A DNA stretch of 64,000 bases from positions 245,954,001-246,018,000 of the forward strand of contig OZ024743.1 of NCBI GenBank assembly GCA_964016885.1, written 5' to 3'. This stretch comes from Eledone cirrhosa. Lineage: Eukaryota. Of this stretch, positions 37,641-50,705 are shown piece by piece. The position numbers and the translations under genes were made by a program. Position 1 is the first letter of the stretch. The number at the start of each line of letters is the position of its first letter. Under the pieces are notes generated by a model. The model saw only the letters and a program-made list of their open reading frames with translations. It was not told the origin of the DNA and searched no databases.

Positions 37641-40600
37641 TTAACTTGATCTATGTAGAGAATCAGCAATTGATCTGGACTGTAGTATTTCTTGGTTCTA
37701 AAGACTAATACTGGTTTGGGAGAGGAAGTTTTGGCAGTGGTGTTATATATGTGTGGGGTCATCACTATCACCACTGTTATGTCAGTTTTCCTTAATGACA
37801 AGGGTTTGACATGTTATTACAGACTGAGTCTCAAATGACAGTCTTGCTCATATGTTCCATTTTGGCATGGTGTCTACAGCTAGATGCCTTACCTAACAAG
37901 CTACTTTACAGAATGGACTGGGTGCATATTATCATGGCACCAACACTACCACTTTACAGTGTTTACTGAGTGCATTTTATTGTGGCATCAGCAGCATCAC
38001 TTTACAAAGTGTATTGGGTGCATTTTATAGTGGTACCAGCACTACCACTTTACAGGTTGAACTGGGTGCATTTTATTGTGGCACCAGCACCACCATTTTT
38101 ACTGAGTATCATAATGGGTGGTCAAGCACTTGCAGCAACATGTATGGTTTTAATCATCTGCTATTCGTGGCTATAAAGTGTAAGGTAGTAGGCATGTTTT
38201 GATAACGTTTTAAATTGAAATAGATTTATTCACAAGATTATCAGTCTAGTAACCTGTATTGTCATTAATATACATGGTAAACCAGGACAGGCCTTTAATT
38301 ATTCACTTGTTTTATTTATACAAGCTGTTGTCTTTAGTAGAAATTTTTCAAGCAACCTGCTATTATTGTGACTCTTCATTTTCTACATATCACAAACTGT
38401 TACTAGTTTCTAAAAACTTAACTGTTGTGAATTTTATGGATTTCTTTCTCAAGACCTGTTAAAGTAGATTTAAACATGCTGGGATGAAAAAATAATTTAT
38501 ATTGCTTTTATTTTTTGTTATATTTTTGTCAAATTGCTTACAGTTGTCATTTGGGTTATTTTTACTTTATAATTTTATTATGAGTTAATTGGTAGGAGGG
38601 AGGGTGTAGTGTTAGAATGAATGCTTGCAAGAATGGATTCTGCTAAAAGCACTAAAGAATCAGATATTGGTATTAAAACAGGCAATGGATTAAATTTATC
38701 ACCCAAGTGGAGCACTACAGGATTTGAATTCAAAACGCAAAGAGTTCTAACACTCCTGCCACTCAGAGTCTGTTGCTTACTGATGCCATTAGTTGATTCA
38801 TAATTTTACTATTAGCTAATGGCTTATATTGTATCATTTATAAAATTCTTCTATTATTATTTCTAAAAGTGAATTCCCAGGATTCCAGCAGATCATTTAG
38901 ATTCATTGTTATTTATCACATTTTTACCTACAATAATCATAATCATCCTCATTTTACGTCTGTCTTTCAGGCCATATTTTTTTAATTATTATTATTATTC
39001 CAATTCTGTTAGAAAGTAAATTTTCAAAAATGAAGGTACAAGTATGGCTGTGTGGTTAAGAAATTTGCTTTGCTATCATGCAGTTTTAGTTTCAGGTTTG
39101 ATATCACTGCAAGAGTCTTTCACTATAACCTCATGCTAACTTATACCTTGTGAGTAAATTAGGTAGATGTAAACTGTATGGAAGCCTGTCATGTGTATTA
39201 ATATGTATGTGTGTGTTTGTGCATGCTTTCACATTGATACTGCTCAGGTTACTGTTGATGTTTGTTTTATGTCCTGCATAAGCAACTGTGGGAAGGCCAG
39301 TGGAGTAAAATAGTTTACTTTTAAAAAAAAGTAAGGGTTAGCATCAGGAATGGGTTTCAGCCATAGTCAGTCCCAATTCACCAGACCTATGTTCAACAAA
39401 GGTATTCAAAAAGTGACCATCTCTTTTTAAGATGCTAGGGTGTAGTGTGGAAATGCTTTGGTTGCTAATTTTAGCTGGTTGAGTAGACTTGTCAAGGATC
39501 CCTCATTGGCATGTATGTACTATGATATATTGAATGTGTTGTTTTATTGGCTGGCTTTTTTGATACCAGACCACCTGAAATTACTGTTAATTCTATGACA
39601 CAAAGCTGTTTATTTTAAAGTGTTTATATTTATCTTAAAACCTTCCATTATAATTTTATATAAGAACCTTTAGGTTATGTTCCAAACACTGTATTTTGAT
39701 TAATTAATGATGAACTTAGTGATTCATTGAAATTATTAGTTAATTAATTATTAAGGTTATATTGTAACAAAAATTCTTTATATAAAATTATGTTGGCAAG
39801 TTTTAATCTAAATAGGAACCCTTTAAAATGGGTGATTTTATTTCATAAAACCAGATGCAATTTGGGACAAGTTGATATCAAAAGGGTTAAGTTAGGTTCC
39901 AAACACCAGATTAATAATGAGAAAGTTAATTATTACTAAATCCTTGATCATCTTCAAAATTATTTGATAATCATAGGCAATGTCTTTAATTATAAATTTG
40001 GTTACATCAGGTAAGAACTTGGTGATTAAATTGTTCTGGATTCTACATTATGGTGTGCTAATAGGTAACTAGTTGGGAGTGTAAACTGTATGATAGCTTC
40101 ATACAGTTTACTACTGTTAAGCAGTGGAAACACTGTATGATATGTTAATAGGCAGTGAGTTATTGGAGTATAAGGACAAAATGCCTTGTGGTATTTGCTC
40201 TTGTTCTCTGAGTTCAAATCCTGCCAAAGTCAGTTTTGCCTTCCATTCTTTCAGTTGATAAAATTAAGTACTAGTCCAGAGTTGTGGATTGGCAGAATTG
40301 TTAGAGCATTGAAGATCTCTTTCAGCACTTTGTGTTCTGTGTTTGCTTGGGCAACACTGGTGCCAAGTTGTTGGCCTTTTCCTTTCCTGAACATCAGTGG
40401 TATAAAGCATATTTAGACATGTATAGGTGACTGTTAGTCTTCCACACAAAACAAAAACCTTGCTCAGACCTGTGTTTTTTAAAGAACTTTCCAGATGCAG
40501 TCCTAATGCCTACATGGCACACAGAGACAACTACCACCCCAAGATAATTTGTAATAATAAGACATGGGAGTGTGGAAATACAATTCCCTTCTATAAACAG

Positions 40601-40733
40601 TGGGAACACTGTACCATATGGGTGACAAGTGTTTTATTGATTGTCAATGTTTAACTCAAATCCTTTTGTAGATCTGACTTAGAAAGGTATGAACAGACTG
40701 ACTTGTCCTAACTACATCTCTGTTAGTAATGTT

Positions 40734-40783
<50 letters not shown>

Positions 40784-41510
40784 GCGCACATATTTTGATT
40801 ATAAGAGTTTTACTTCCATATTATTTTGTTTCAATATGATAAATTATGTAAATATCACATTACATTATATGGGAGCATATGAGCAAGATGTGGTTCTCCT
40901 ACCCATCTAGTCTTGGACTGTGATGACCCACCCAATCAATGCCTGCACGGAAAATGTGTATTTCCTCTTCTTTTGTGCAGGTTCTCCTTAGTGTTTTGCT
41001 CAAAATGAATGGAACTGATGATTATAATTACTATTTTGGTCATTTTAAAAATAAATAAAAATTTGTTCAGAATTTAATAGAACTTCTATATTTCTATATT
41101 TTTTGTCGTTCATTCTCCCATGCTAGTGTAGGTAGTCATGCACCACCCTTGGTCTATGTGTTTAAATGGTAAAAAAAAAGCCCTTCTAATACAATTCAAT
41201 ATTAAATTGAACCTGTGTCCTGCATGTAAATTTTTAACAAAATTGGATTTTATAATTAATTTAAATAATTCTTTTAACTTTTGTGTTACCCTATTTCTTA
41301 TGAATGACAATGCCTAACATTTTCAAATCATTTTGAAAATTAAGAGTTTGGCGAGATTTAGTAAAATAACTTTCTAGTTATTAAGCTAGTCATTGGAACA
41401 TAACTTAAAGGTTCTTATATGAAATTGATTTAAGATTTTTTTAGGTAAATATAAACATTTTAAAGCAAACAGCTTGTAGAATTGACAGGTTGATTATTTA
41501 AACAGTTAAA

Positions 41511-41915
41511 CCCAATATTCCTAAAGAAACTACAATGTAAATCACTAAGGTTGTATGATGAATCTATATTAACTTTTTCATTACCATATTTCTAATGAAA
41601 TACACTATATTTCAATCAATTAATGAAACGTTTCTGAAGGAATTACCCAATATTCCTAAAGAAACTACAATGTAAATCACTAAGGTTGTATGATGAATCT
41701 ATATTAACTTTTTCATTACCATATTTCTAATGAAATACACTATATTTCAATCAATTAATGAAACGTTTCTGAAGGAATTACCCAATATTCCTAAAGAAAC
41801 TACAATGTAAATCACTAAGGTTGTATGATGAATCTATATTAACTTTTTCATTACCATATTTCTAATGAAATACACTATATTTCAATCAATTAATGAAACG
41901 TTTCTGAAGGAATTA
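41511..41915. repeat. Exact 135-bp tandem triplication
   Basis: Units begin at 41511, 41646 and 41781. Confidence 0.95.
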
Positions 41916-42871
41916 CTAAAATTATTTCAATATTGTGATGGTATTCGTAATATAATTTAAAAGGTTCTTATTTCAAATTGTGTTGAAAGATTTTAATTCA
42001 AATAGGAACCCTATAAAATAAGTGGTTTTGTTTCGTAGGAATAGTGTTGGTTTGGAGTGGTTTGGTAAACAAGGTTTAAAGAACACAAGTTTATATATAG
42101 ATATATTTATTAGGAACTAGTTGAGTATTCCATGCAAGGTTCACGAGCTGAGTGGTATGTTTTTTTTGTAAGGATGTCTGAAGGTTGTTAAGGATTCAGG
42201 AAACAGCTTTTGAACTAGATAGATGTATGTATATATGTAGCAGTGGCTACATATATAGAAGATTGTTTGATGTTACCAAATGTAGTTTGTATTAGTGATT
42301 TGGTTAATGTTGTGACAAGATGAAAGTGTGTGTGATACTTGGTCAGTCAGTTGTTCATTATAGTAGTAATTGTTGGTTTGTTGGGTGAGTCTGTGAGTTG
42401 CTCTCTTCCATAAAAACTGTGTGAATGTTTGTGACTTTATGGCAAATAAATGGCGTGCGTCTCAGTGAATCGATTTGTGTGGCTGTATTCATTGCCATAG
42501 TAGTTTTAGTATTATTTTAGAAATGTCTTACACCCTAACATCAAAAATGTTATTAGAATTTATAATATTGTTAAAGCAAAGTTAACCTCAACAGAATTCA
42601 AACTGGAAGAAATACTGCCACATAAACCATACACCAACAGAAAAGTCAATCATATGAACTCCAGTATTTATTTTAGTCTTTTTTTTTTCTTTTTTTTTGT
42701 CAAAACAATGTACATAAACACAGATATGGACTCTCTCTCTCACACACACACACATATACATACATGTTGGGCTCCACACAATTTCTGTCTCTTAAATTTC
42801 ACTCACATATTTTAGCAAGACATTTCTACTTAAGCTGTGTTTTTTTTACAATTACACTGTTTATTTTTCAG

Positions 42872-43131
42872 GTATATCTGGCAAAAGTCAAGTGTTGTTT
42901 GCTTTGGTCTTCACAACCCGTTACCTAGATCTGTTCACATCCTTCATATCTTTCTATAATACAATAATGAAGGCATTCTTCATTGCCTCATCCTATTTCA
43001 CTGTCTTCCTGATCTATTACAAGTTTAAGGCTACCTATGATAGCAACCATGACACATTTCGTGCAGAATTTTTGGTTGTACCCGTTGGCGGCCTTTCTGT
43101 TTTGGTCAACTCTGAATTCACTCCATTAGAG
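42872..43131 (+). CDS. KDELR: KDEL receptor exon 2 (260 nt)
   Basis: TTTTTCAG acceptor; (G)[21 protein letters not shown]...[12 protein letters not shown]...EFTPLE; donor GTATGT. Confidence 0.97.
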
Positions 43132-44238
43132 GTATGTACACCTTTATTTTATCTATTTAAAGATTGTTTTTTTATTGTTATTGTTGTTATTATTATGGCC
43201 TTGTGCCTAAAATCATAAACCAATATTATGGATTGTTATGTTTATTGTTATATTGTTTGAGTGTCAAATGAAATGCTTTGTGGGATTTGTTCCAAGTCTT
43301 TACGTTCCGAGTGCAAATCCTGTTTAGGTCAATTTTCCCATGGCTTAGTGGTTAGAGCATTGGCCTTGCAATTGAAAGGTTGTGAGTTCATTTCTCAGAC
43401 CGGGTGATGTGTTGTTTCCTTGAGCAAGACACTTTATTTCACATTGCTCTAGTTTAGAAATGTGATGATAGGACTGGGGTCCCTATCATTCCACTGCAAA
43501 GTGATTATGGAGGTGTCACGGCAAAAGAGCACCCAGCCCACACTGTAAAGTGGACGCGTAGGCGCCACGGAAAAAAAGCACCCAGCACTCACTGTAAATG
43601 AGGTTGGTATAAGGAAGGGCATCCAGCTGTAGAAATCAAGCCAGAATCAGTTCCCGTCCCACCCTTGCATGCAAGGAAAAGCGGACGTAAAATGATGATG
43701 ATGATATTTCTAGGATCGATAAAATAAATTACCAGTTTCATACTGGGGTCTATGTAATTAACACCCCCTCCCCGTAGATTGTTGGCCTTGTGCTTAAATA
43801 AGAAATCATTGTTATTATTACCTTATATTTGTAGAAAATCGATCAGTTCAAGATTAAATTGATATCTGGTCCTTGCACATATGGTCTCCATTGTTGGAAT
43901 CATGGCTAGTTGATAATGCCCTCATTGAATGTCTTTTAAATATAGTTTGTATTAAACAGCATTTTATATAGTCTGTATGTAAATATATTTTAAATCCAGT
44001 TGATTTATTAAATATTGGGAAACATTTAAAATGTAGTGGTCCTAATGCAGATGACTATAATAATAGTTGGTCACTATAAATAATAGTTGAAAAAAAAATG
44101 AAGTACCCATGAAGGTAAAAAAGTGAACAGAGGCACCTGTGATATTTTATTTGTTGCAAACTACATTTTTATATACCTTATATATTGATTTCATTAACTT
44201 CTTTATCAATGCTTTTCCACCTTTTTTTTTTTTTTCAG

Positions 44239-44491
44239 ATTCTGTGGACCTTCTCCATCTATCTGGAATCTGTAGCAATTTTGCCTCAGTTGTTCATGGT
44301 CAGCAAGACTGGTGAAGCAGAGAGTATTACTAGTCACTACTTGTTTGCTCTAGGAAGTTATCGCTTCCTCTACATCCTAAACTGGATTTATCGTTTCTAC
44401 TTTGAGGGATTCTTTGATCTCATTGCTGTTGTTTCTGGATGTGTGCAAACAATACTTTACTGTGACTTCTTCTATCTATATATCACAAAAG
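44239..44491 (+). CDS. KDELR: KDEL receptor exon 3 (253 nt)
   Basis: Poly-T CAG acceptor; [18 protein letters not shown]...[11 protein letters not shown]; donor GTAACT. Confidence 0.97.
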
Positions 44492-44678
44492 GTAACTACA
44501 AAGATCTTCCCAAAGAAACTGGAGCAATATTGTCTGTTTAGACAGAATATTTCAGTAAACATTCAAAAAATAATTCTGCAAGAAAAAAAACCCCACTATT
44601 TTTAAGAAGCTGTCTAATACTCTTCAATGAATATTATTAATATATAAAACCATGTATGAAACCATAACTTGTTAGTTA

Positions 44679-44832
44679 CCATATTTTTCAATATATAAGA
44701 TGTACTCTTCTTTTGAAGAAGAAAAAAAGTTATAGTTGTATTAAAATTTTTATTTGATATATAGAACTCGGGCAGATTTTGATATCAAATTTTGGGGTAC
44801 AAAAAGTGTCTCTTATACACTGAAAAATATGG
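44679..44832. mobile_element. Tc1/mariner-pogo (Tc2-like) MITE; second member at 46361-46577
   Basis: TA TSD and 22-bp TIRs with 20/22 match in both cases (CCATATTTTTCA.T.TATAAGA; CT.TATATACTC.TATATAAGT). Confidence 0.75.
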
Positions 44833-45320
44833 TAATATCAGATTAATCTATAATTATGGGAATGTTCTCTTAATTAATCTAATGCTAAACAATTAGAAAA
44901 ATAAAATATATACATATACATATATATACATATATATATATATATACAAATTTGAAAAGGGAGTAAGATTCTATACAAAACAGGTTATAGAGAAAAAGTG
45001 GAATTGGAAACAGCACGGAAAATATATTTAAAGGATCTGTTTTTCTTTTTTTCTTCTTTGATCTGTCAAAGTGACATTGATGGATTGGCAGTATTGGTAG
45101 AGGGTCGGACGCCATGCTTTCCAGCATAGTTACGTCCCTTTACGATCTGAGTTCAAATCCCGCCGAGGTTGACTTTGCCTTTCATCCTTACGGGGTAGAT
45201 AAAATAAAGTACCAGTAATGCACTGGTTAATTGCTGGCCTTGTGCCTAAAGTAGAAACAATTATTGAAAAAAATGAGAGGAACAATTTAAAAAAAAAAAG
45301 GAGTTTTATAATATATATAA

Positions 45321-45368
45321 AATATAACCGGTTTCGATGTATCAGTATAATCCACTTTATCAAATGTT
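45321..45368 (-). ncRNA. Hammerhead motif, U3-A8 variant (left arm)
   Basis: AACAU-UUGAUAA-[imperfect stem II]-GAAAC-CG-GUU/AUAUU. Confidence 0.55.
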
Positions 45369-45500
45369 GAATATTACAATTAAAAGGAATTAAAAATTTA
45401 AAATTAATTGTTGAAGAAGGTCTGTTCATCTTCCTTGTTGAGTCTCAACAAGAAAGATGAACAGACCTTCTTCAAAACTTGATTTTTAATTGTAATATTC

Positions 45501-45548
45501 AACATTTGATAAGATGGATTACACCAATATGTCGAAACCGGTTATATT
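45501..45548 (+). ncRNA. Hammerhead motif, U3-A8 variant (right arm; sense to the KDELR pre-mRNA)
   Basis: AACAU-UUGAUAA-GAUGGAUU(ACACC)AAUAUGUC-GAAAC-CG-GUU/AUAUU. Confidence 0.6.
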
Positions 45549-46904
45549 TTATATACATTATAAAACTCCTTTTTTTTTTTTAAATTGTTCCTCTCATTTT
45601 TTCAATAATGTCACTTTGACGGATCAAAGAAGAAAAACAGATCCTTTAAATATATTTTCCGTGCTGTTTCCAATCCACTTTTTCTCTCTCTCTGTATGTA
45701 TGTATGTATGTATATATATATATATATGTGTATGTATATATATATATAATTTTTTAAAAATACATTTTAAATTTTTATATCTCTGTAACGGTGCTCCAGA
45801 ATAACTCGTGAAAGTAATTTTTAATGGATTTAAAATATATTTCAATAGTCTTTGTTTTAAATAATGCCTTATAAAATTTGGTAATTGATTTATCTATTTC
45901 TGATGGCTAATATATATTAACATCTTTTTTTTTTTTTTTTAAATCTCTATCTTCAAATTTCATTATTTTCGCTACAAGAATCTGTTCATAATTATGCAGC
46001 TACATTTTTTTTATTTTTTGAAGGATCAATTTCTGTTTTATTTCTACATGTTTTTAGTCACGAAATGGCCTCAAAGAAGTCTAGTCATATGCCATGTGTC
46101 ATTGTTATTTCTGATGACACTTCACACTTTTAAAAATTAATTTTGATAAACTTTTAGTACAATTTCTCTATACAATTTTGATAGAAAATTATTTACTTTT
46201 AATTTCTTACCCAAAGAAATTATTTACTTTTAATATCTTACCAAAAGAAATTATTTACTTTCAATGTCTTGCCAAAATTTACAGAAATGAAATATTAAAA
46301 AGAAAAAAAGAGGTTGTACATTTTAATGTAGAATTTTTTTCTTTTTTTTTTTTCAATATACTATATATACTCGTATATAAGTTGCAGTTCTTACTAAAAA
46401 GAATTGGGCATGAAAACCACCTTGCTCTAGATTTGAAATATTAAATAATAAAGCTGAAATATAATCACAAAGTAAACGCAATTTATCTACCAACCCTTGC
46501 TCTAGGCTTGAAATTTTTAATAGTGAAGCCAAAACATAAAGACAAGGCAAGTGTGACTTATATATGAGTATATACAGTATATGAAAAAAATGTTACATAA
46601 TTTTGATGTATGAAGACATCAGATAACTACCTCTTATATTGTCTCCACAGGAGGATAAATAAGAAAATGGTTAAATATATAATGTTTTTTTTATTGTACC
46701 AAAGTATTGCCTTTAATTGATCATGTAATTACCATGTATTTTGGTGGAGATTTTTTCATTCTTTTTTTTTTGTGTGTATGTTTAATAATTACTTGACATA
46801 ATCATATTTCAAAATTAGTTGTTTACCACACATGCCTATCTCAAGTTCTATTTTATTCACTCCTTCTTTCTCTGTATTTCAACATATCATTCTCAGCAAA
46901 TTCA

Positions 46905-49900
46905 AATTGGCAGAATAGTTAGTGTCTAACAAAATACCTTGCAGTGTTTGTTCTGGCTCTCCATACTCTGACTTCAAATCCTGCTGTTATCCTTCTGGGG
47001 TGTTCGATAAAATAAAGTACCAGTGAAGTATTGGGTCTGATTTAACTCTTTCATTACCATATTTCTAATGAAACACTGCCTATAATTTTCCAGTAATATT
47101 AGAAAATAATCAAGAATTTGAAGAGATTTAGTAATATAACTAACTTTCTCATTATTAAACAAATGTTTTGACATAAAATTATGATGGAATGTTTTTAGAT
47201 AAATGTAAACACTTTTAAATATATGGGTTTTTATCATAGAACCAGAGGCAGTTTGGTATTGAAAGGGTTAATTGACTAAGCCCTCCCCCACATGCCTCAG
47301 GCTCTGTACCTATGTTAAAGACAATTATTTTCATAGGGTAGGAGGAATGAACCCCCATCTTGCAAAGACTGCTGCATTTAAGATATAGATTATTTTTTTC
47401 TATTATATTTTTTATATGTACTGTAAATTTTTTCTTTATGATCAAAAATGCCTAACATACTCCAAGTATAGTTATTCATATATATATTTTTTTTTATGTA
47501 AATTTAAAATCCCAATTTTACACATTATTATTATTAATAAGCAGAGGGGAATTGGCAGAATCGTTAGAGCATCAGAGAAAATGTTTTGTGGTATTTCTAC
47601 TGGCTTTTTACATTCTGAGTTCAAATCCCTCCAAGGTCAACTTTGCTTTACATCCTTCTGGAGTCAATAAAATAAGGTCACATACTGGGGATCGATGTAA
47701 TCGACGTTCCCCTCCCCACAAATTGTTGGCTTTGTGCCTAGGTTATAAATCATTATTATTAAAGGCTGAGGATTGTTAGAAAGGTGGGCAAAATGCTTTG
47801 CCATATTTGTTCTAGCTCTTTACATTCTGAGTTCAAATCCCATCAAGGTTAACCTTGCCTTTCATCTTTTCAGGGCCAATAATATAAAATACAAGTCAAT
47901 TACTAGGGATGATTTAATCAACTTCCCCTTCTTCAAAAATTGGTGGCATTGTGCCTAAAGTAAAAAGCATTATTATTATTCATGTTAGTTTCATTTCGTG
48001 TAGGTTACCTTGAATAGGTTACGCTAGTCAGATAGAATATTCTCTGATGAATGTCTCTATTTAATTCAAGTCGTTTTTCTCAGTCACTATTATCTGTTCA
48101 AGAAAATTTTTATTTTGAATGAGATTATTATTAATAATATTATGGATTAGTGAAATTAGCAGAGCATCTGACAAAATGCCTTGCTGTTTCAATTAGGGTC
48201 CTGCATTCTGAGTTCAAATCCTGCTGAAGTCAACTTTGCCTTACATCTTTTCAAGGTTGATTTATTTAACTAACCCCCACCCACTCAATTATTGGCTTTC
48301 AGCGCCTATGCAAGAAATTGTTTGCAGAATCATAAGAACATTGGACAAAATGTTGTTCCCTATTTGTTGTCTCTTTACATTTTGAGTTCAAATCCCACTG
48401 AAGTCAACTTTTGCTTTCATCCTTCTGAGGTCAATAAAATAAAATACAGTCAAGTACTGGAACTGATATATCCAACTTCTCCCTTCCCTCAAACTGCTGG
48501 CCTTGTGATTAAATTAGAAACCAAAGGCAGTAGATTGGCAGAATCATTAGAGCATTGGACAAAATGCTTTGTGGCATTTGTTCAGGGCCATTACATTCTG
48601 AGTTCATATCCTGCCAGGATCAACTGTCTTTTGTCCTTCCGGAGTCATTAAAATAAAATATCATTTAAGTATTGGGGATGATGTAATCAACTTTACCCTC
48701 CCTGCAAAATTATTGATCTTATGCTTACATTAGAAGCCATTATTGTTATCATTTACTGGGTAATTACTGGCCTTATGCCTAAAGTAGAAACAATTATTAG
48801 CGCAGTGGATTTGCAGAATCATTAGAGTATCAGACAAAATGCTTGCAGCATTTAGTCCAGCTTTTTATGTTCTGAGTCTAAATCCCACTGAGATCAACTT
48901 TGCCTTTCATTTTTCTAGGGTCAATAAAATACCAGTCAAATACTGAAGTCTTTGTAATTGACTTTCCCTACCTCCAAACTGCTGGCCTTGTGCCTAAATT
49001 AAAAACCATTATTATTATTATATGAATTGAGGGCAGTGGATTGGTAGAATGGGTTGAGCATCGGACGACATGCTTAGCGGCGTAGAGTTAGCCCTTTACA
49101 GTCTGATTTCAAATCCCACCAAGGTTAACTTTGCCTTTCATCCTTACAGGGGGCGATAAAATAAAGTACCAGTAATGCACTGGCCTTGTGCCTAAATCAG
49201 AAACCTATTATTATATGAATTTTATAAGCATCACTTGAAAATATAATTTTGCAAAATTATAATTATCAAATTTTGTTTATGTTGACACATTTGGAAAGAT
49301 TTACTTTCAGATGAAAAAAATGTTATATAAAATATTTTTTATCAATCAGTATTTGTGTCATTGTTAAAAGTACTCTATAAATATTTTATTATATTTAGGG
49401 GTTTTGAATGTAAGGCATGAGGTCACACTACTAAAATAACTATCTCTACAATAAAAGCAAAAACAGAAAAATTCTACTCTTAACTGTTTTATAATCATAT
49501 TCAAATGAAATACACTGTATTTTAATTAATTGTGAAGAATCTCAAGTGCTTTACTAAAATTGTTAATTATTTCATTATGAAGACCATATTTGTAAGATAA
49601 CTTAACAAAAGGTTCTTACATCAAATTATCTTGGAAGATTTTTATTTAAATAAGAACACTTTAAAATGGGTGGTTTGGTTTCATAGAAACGAGTGATGTG
49701 GGGCTAATTGGTATCAAAAGGGTTATATTAACAAATTCTTGAGTACATTACAGTACACTATAGCTTCTGGCTTTATAAGGTAGAACCTATCTTTACTGTT
49801 ACATAGCATTTAGTTGGCAGTGAATTGGGGGTAATTAGAGCTTTAGATAGAATGGCTTGCTGCATTCTGAGTTCAAATCCCACTGAAATTAACTTTGTCT

Positions 49901-50705
49901 TTTATACATTCTGGTTCAATTAAATACCAGTCAAGGGCAGGGCGTTAGCATAATCATTGGAGCATTGAATGAAATACTTTATGGTATTTGTTCCAGCTCT
50001 TTGCATTCTGAGTTCAAATCCTGCTGTGGCTTACTGCCTAGGTGCTAATGATCTAAGTTAATCACCCCACCATGGGACAATCCACACTTTGCCAGATTAG
50101 ACAGATAGGCTTAAAACCAGTGTAGTTTCTGAGACATCATCCAGCAATGGATCAAAAGTAGCTGGATGGAAGTTTTCAGTTCTCTGTCTCACTCAAATAT
50201 GAAGTGAAAACTTTTATCTTTTATTCACAAAAACACACTGTATTATACTTTTCTGCTCTGTCTTTAAAATGAATTTTGGATTGGTCGAATCATTTAGAGC
50301 ATTGGACTAAATGCTTTGCAGTTTTTGTTCTGACTCTTAATGTTCTGAGTTCAAATCTTTCCAAAATCAACTTTGCCTTTCATCTTTCTGAGGTTGATAA
50401 AATAAGGTACCAATCAAATGCTAAGGTTGATTTGCTCAATTCTCTACCCACTCCAAAATTGTTGGCCTTGTGCCAAAAGTAGAAACAATTACTAGATCAG
50501 ATTGTGGATTGGCATCATTGTTAGTGTTGGATGAAATACTTTGCAGTGTTTTTTCTTTTTTACAGCTCTTCACCTTCTGAGTTCAAATGCTGCAAAGAGC
50601 AACTTTGCCTGCTATACTGCTAGGGTTAATAAAGTCCCAATCAAGTACTGGGATTAATTTGGTTGACTAACTCTTCCCACTAATTTGTGACCTTGTGCCT
50701 GTTAG
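46905..50705 (+). repeat. Cluster of ~12 co-oriented Deu/Nin-like SINEs in KDELR intron 3
   Basis: Recurrent TGGCAGAAT..TTAGAGC...TTCTGAGTTCAAATCC...TTTGCCTTTCATC...GGCCTTGTGCC, all on +. Confidence 0.8.
47046..47267. mobile_element. piggyBac-like MITE; relatives at ~39557-39890, 41570-42080, 49480-49725, 56890-57102, 58966-59405
   Basis: TTAA on both sides; TIR C(C/T)CTTTCA(A/T)TACCA 12/14; this copy interrupts a SINE. Confidence 0.7.

Larger units (their letters stand above)
44989..45687. mobile_element. Fold-back (head-to-head) PLE pseudo-LTR pair, family A, with a SINE in the left arm
   Basis: Inverted arms 44989-45442 and 45444-45687, centre TTGTTGAG-T-CTCAACAA; hammerhead motif in each arm; TA-rich microsatellite on both sides. 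Confidence 0.85.

Noticed and set aside
43340-43405. tRNA genes at A/B-box matches
   Set aside because: No full cloverleaf; each continues into a SINE core.
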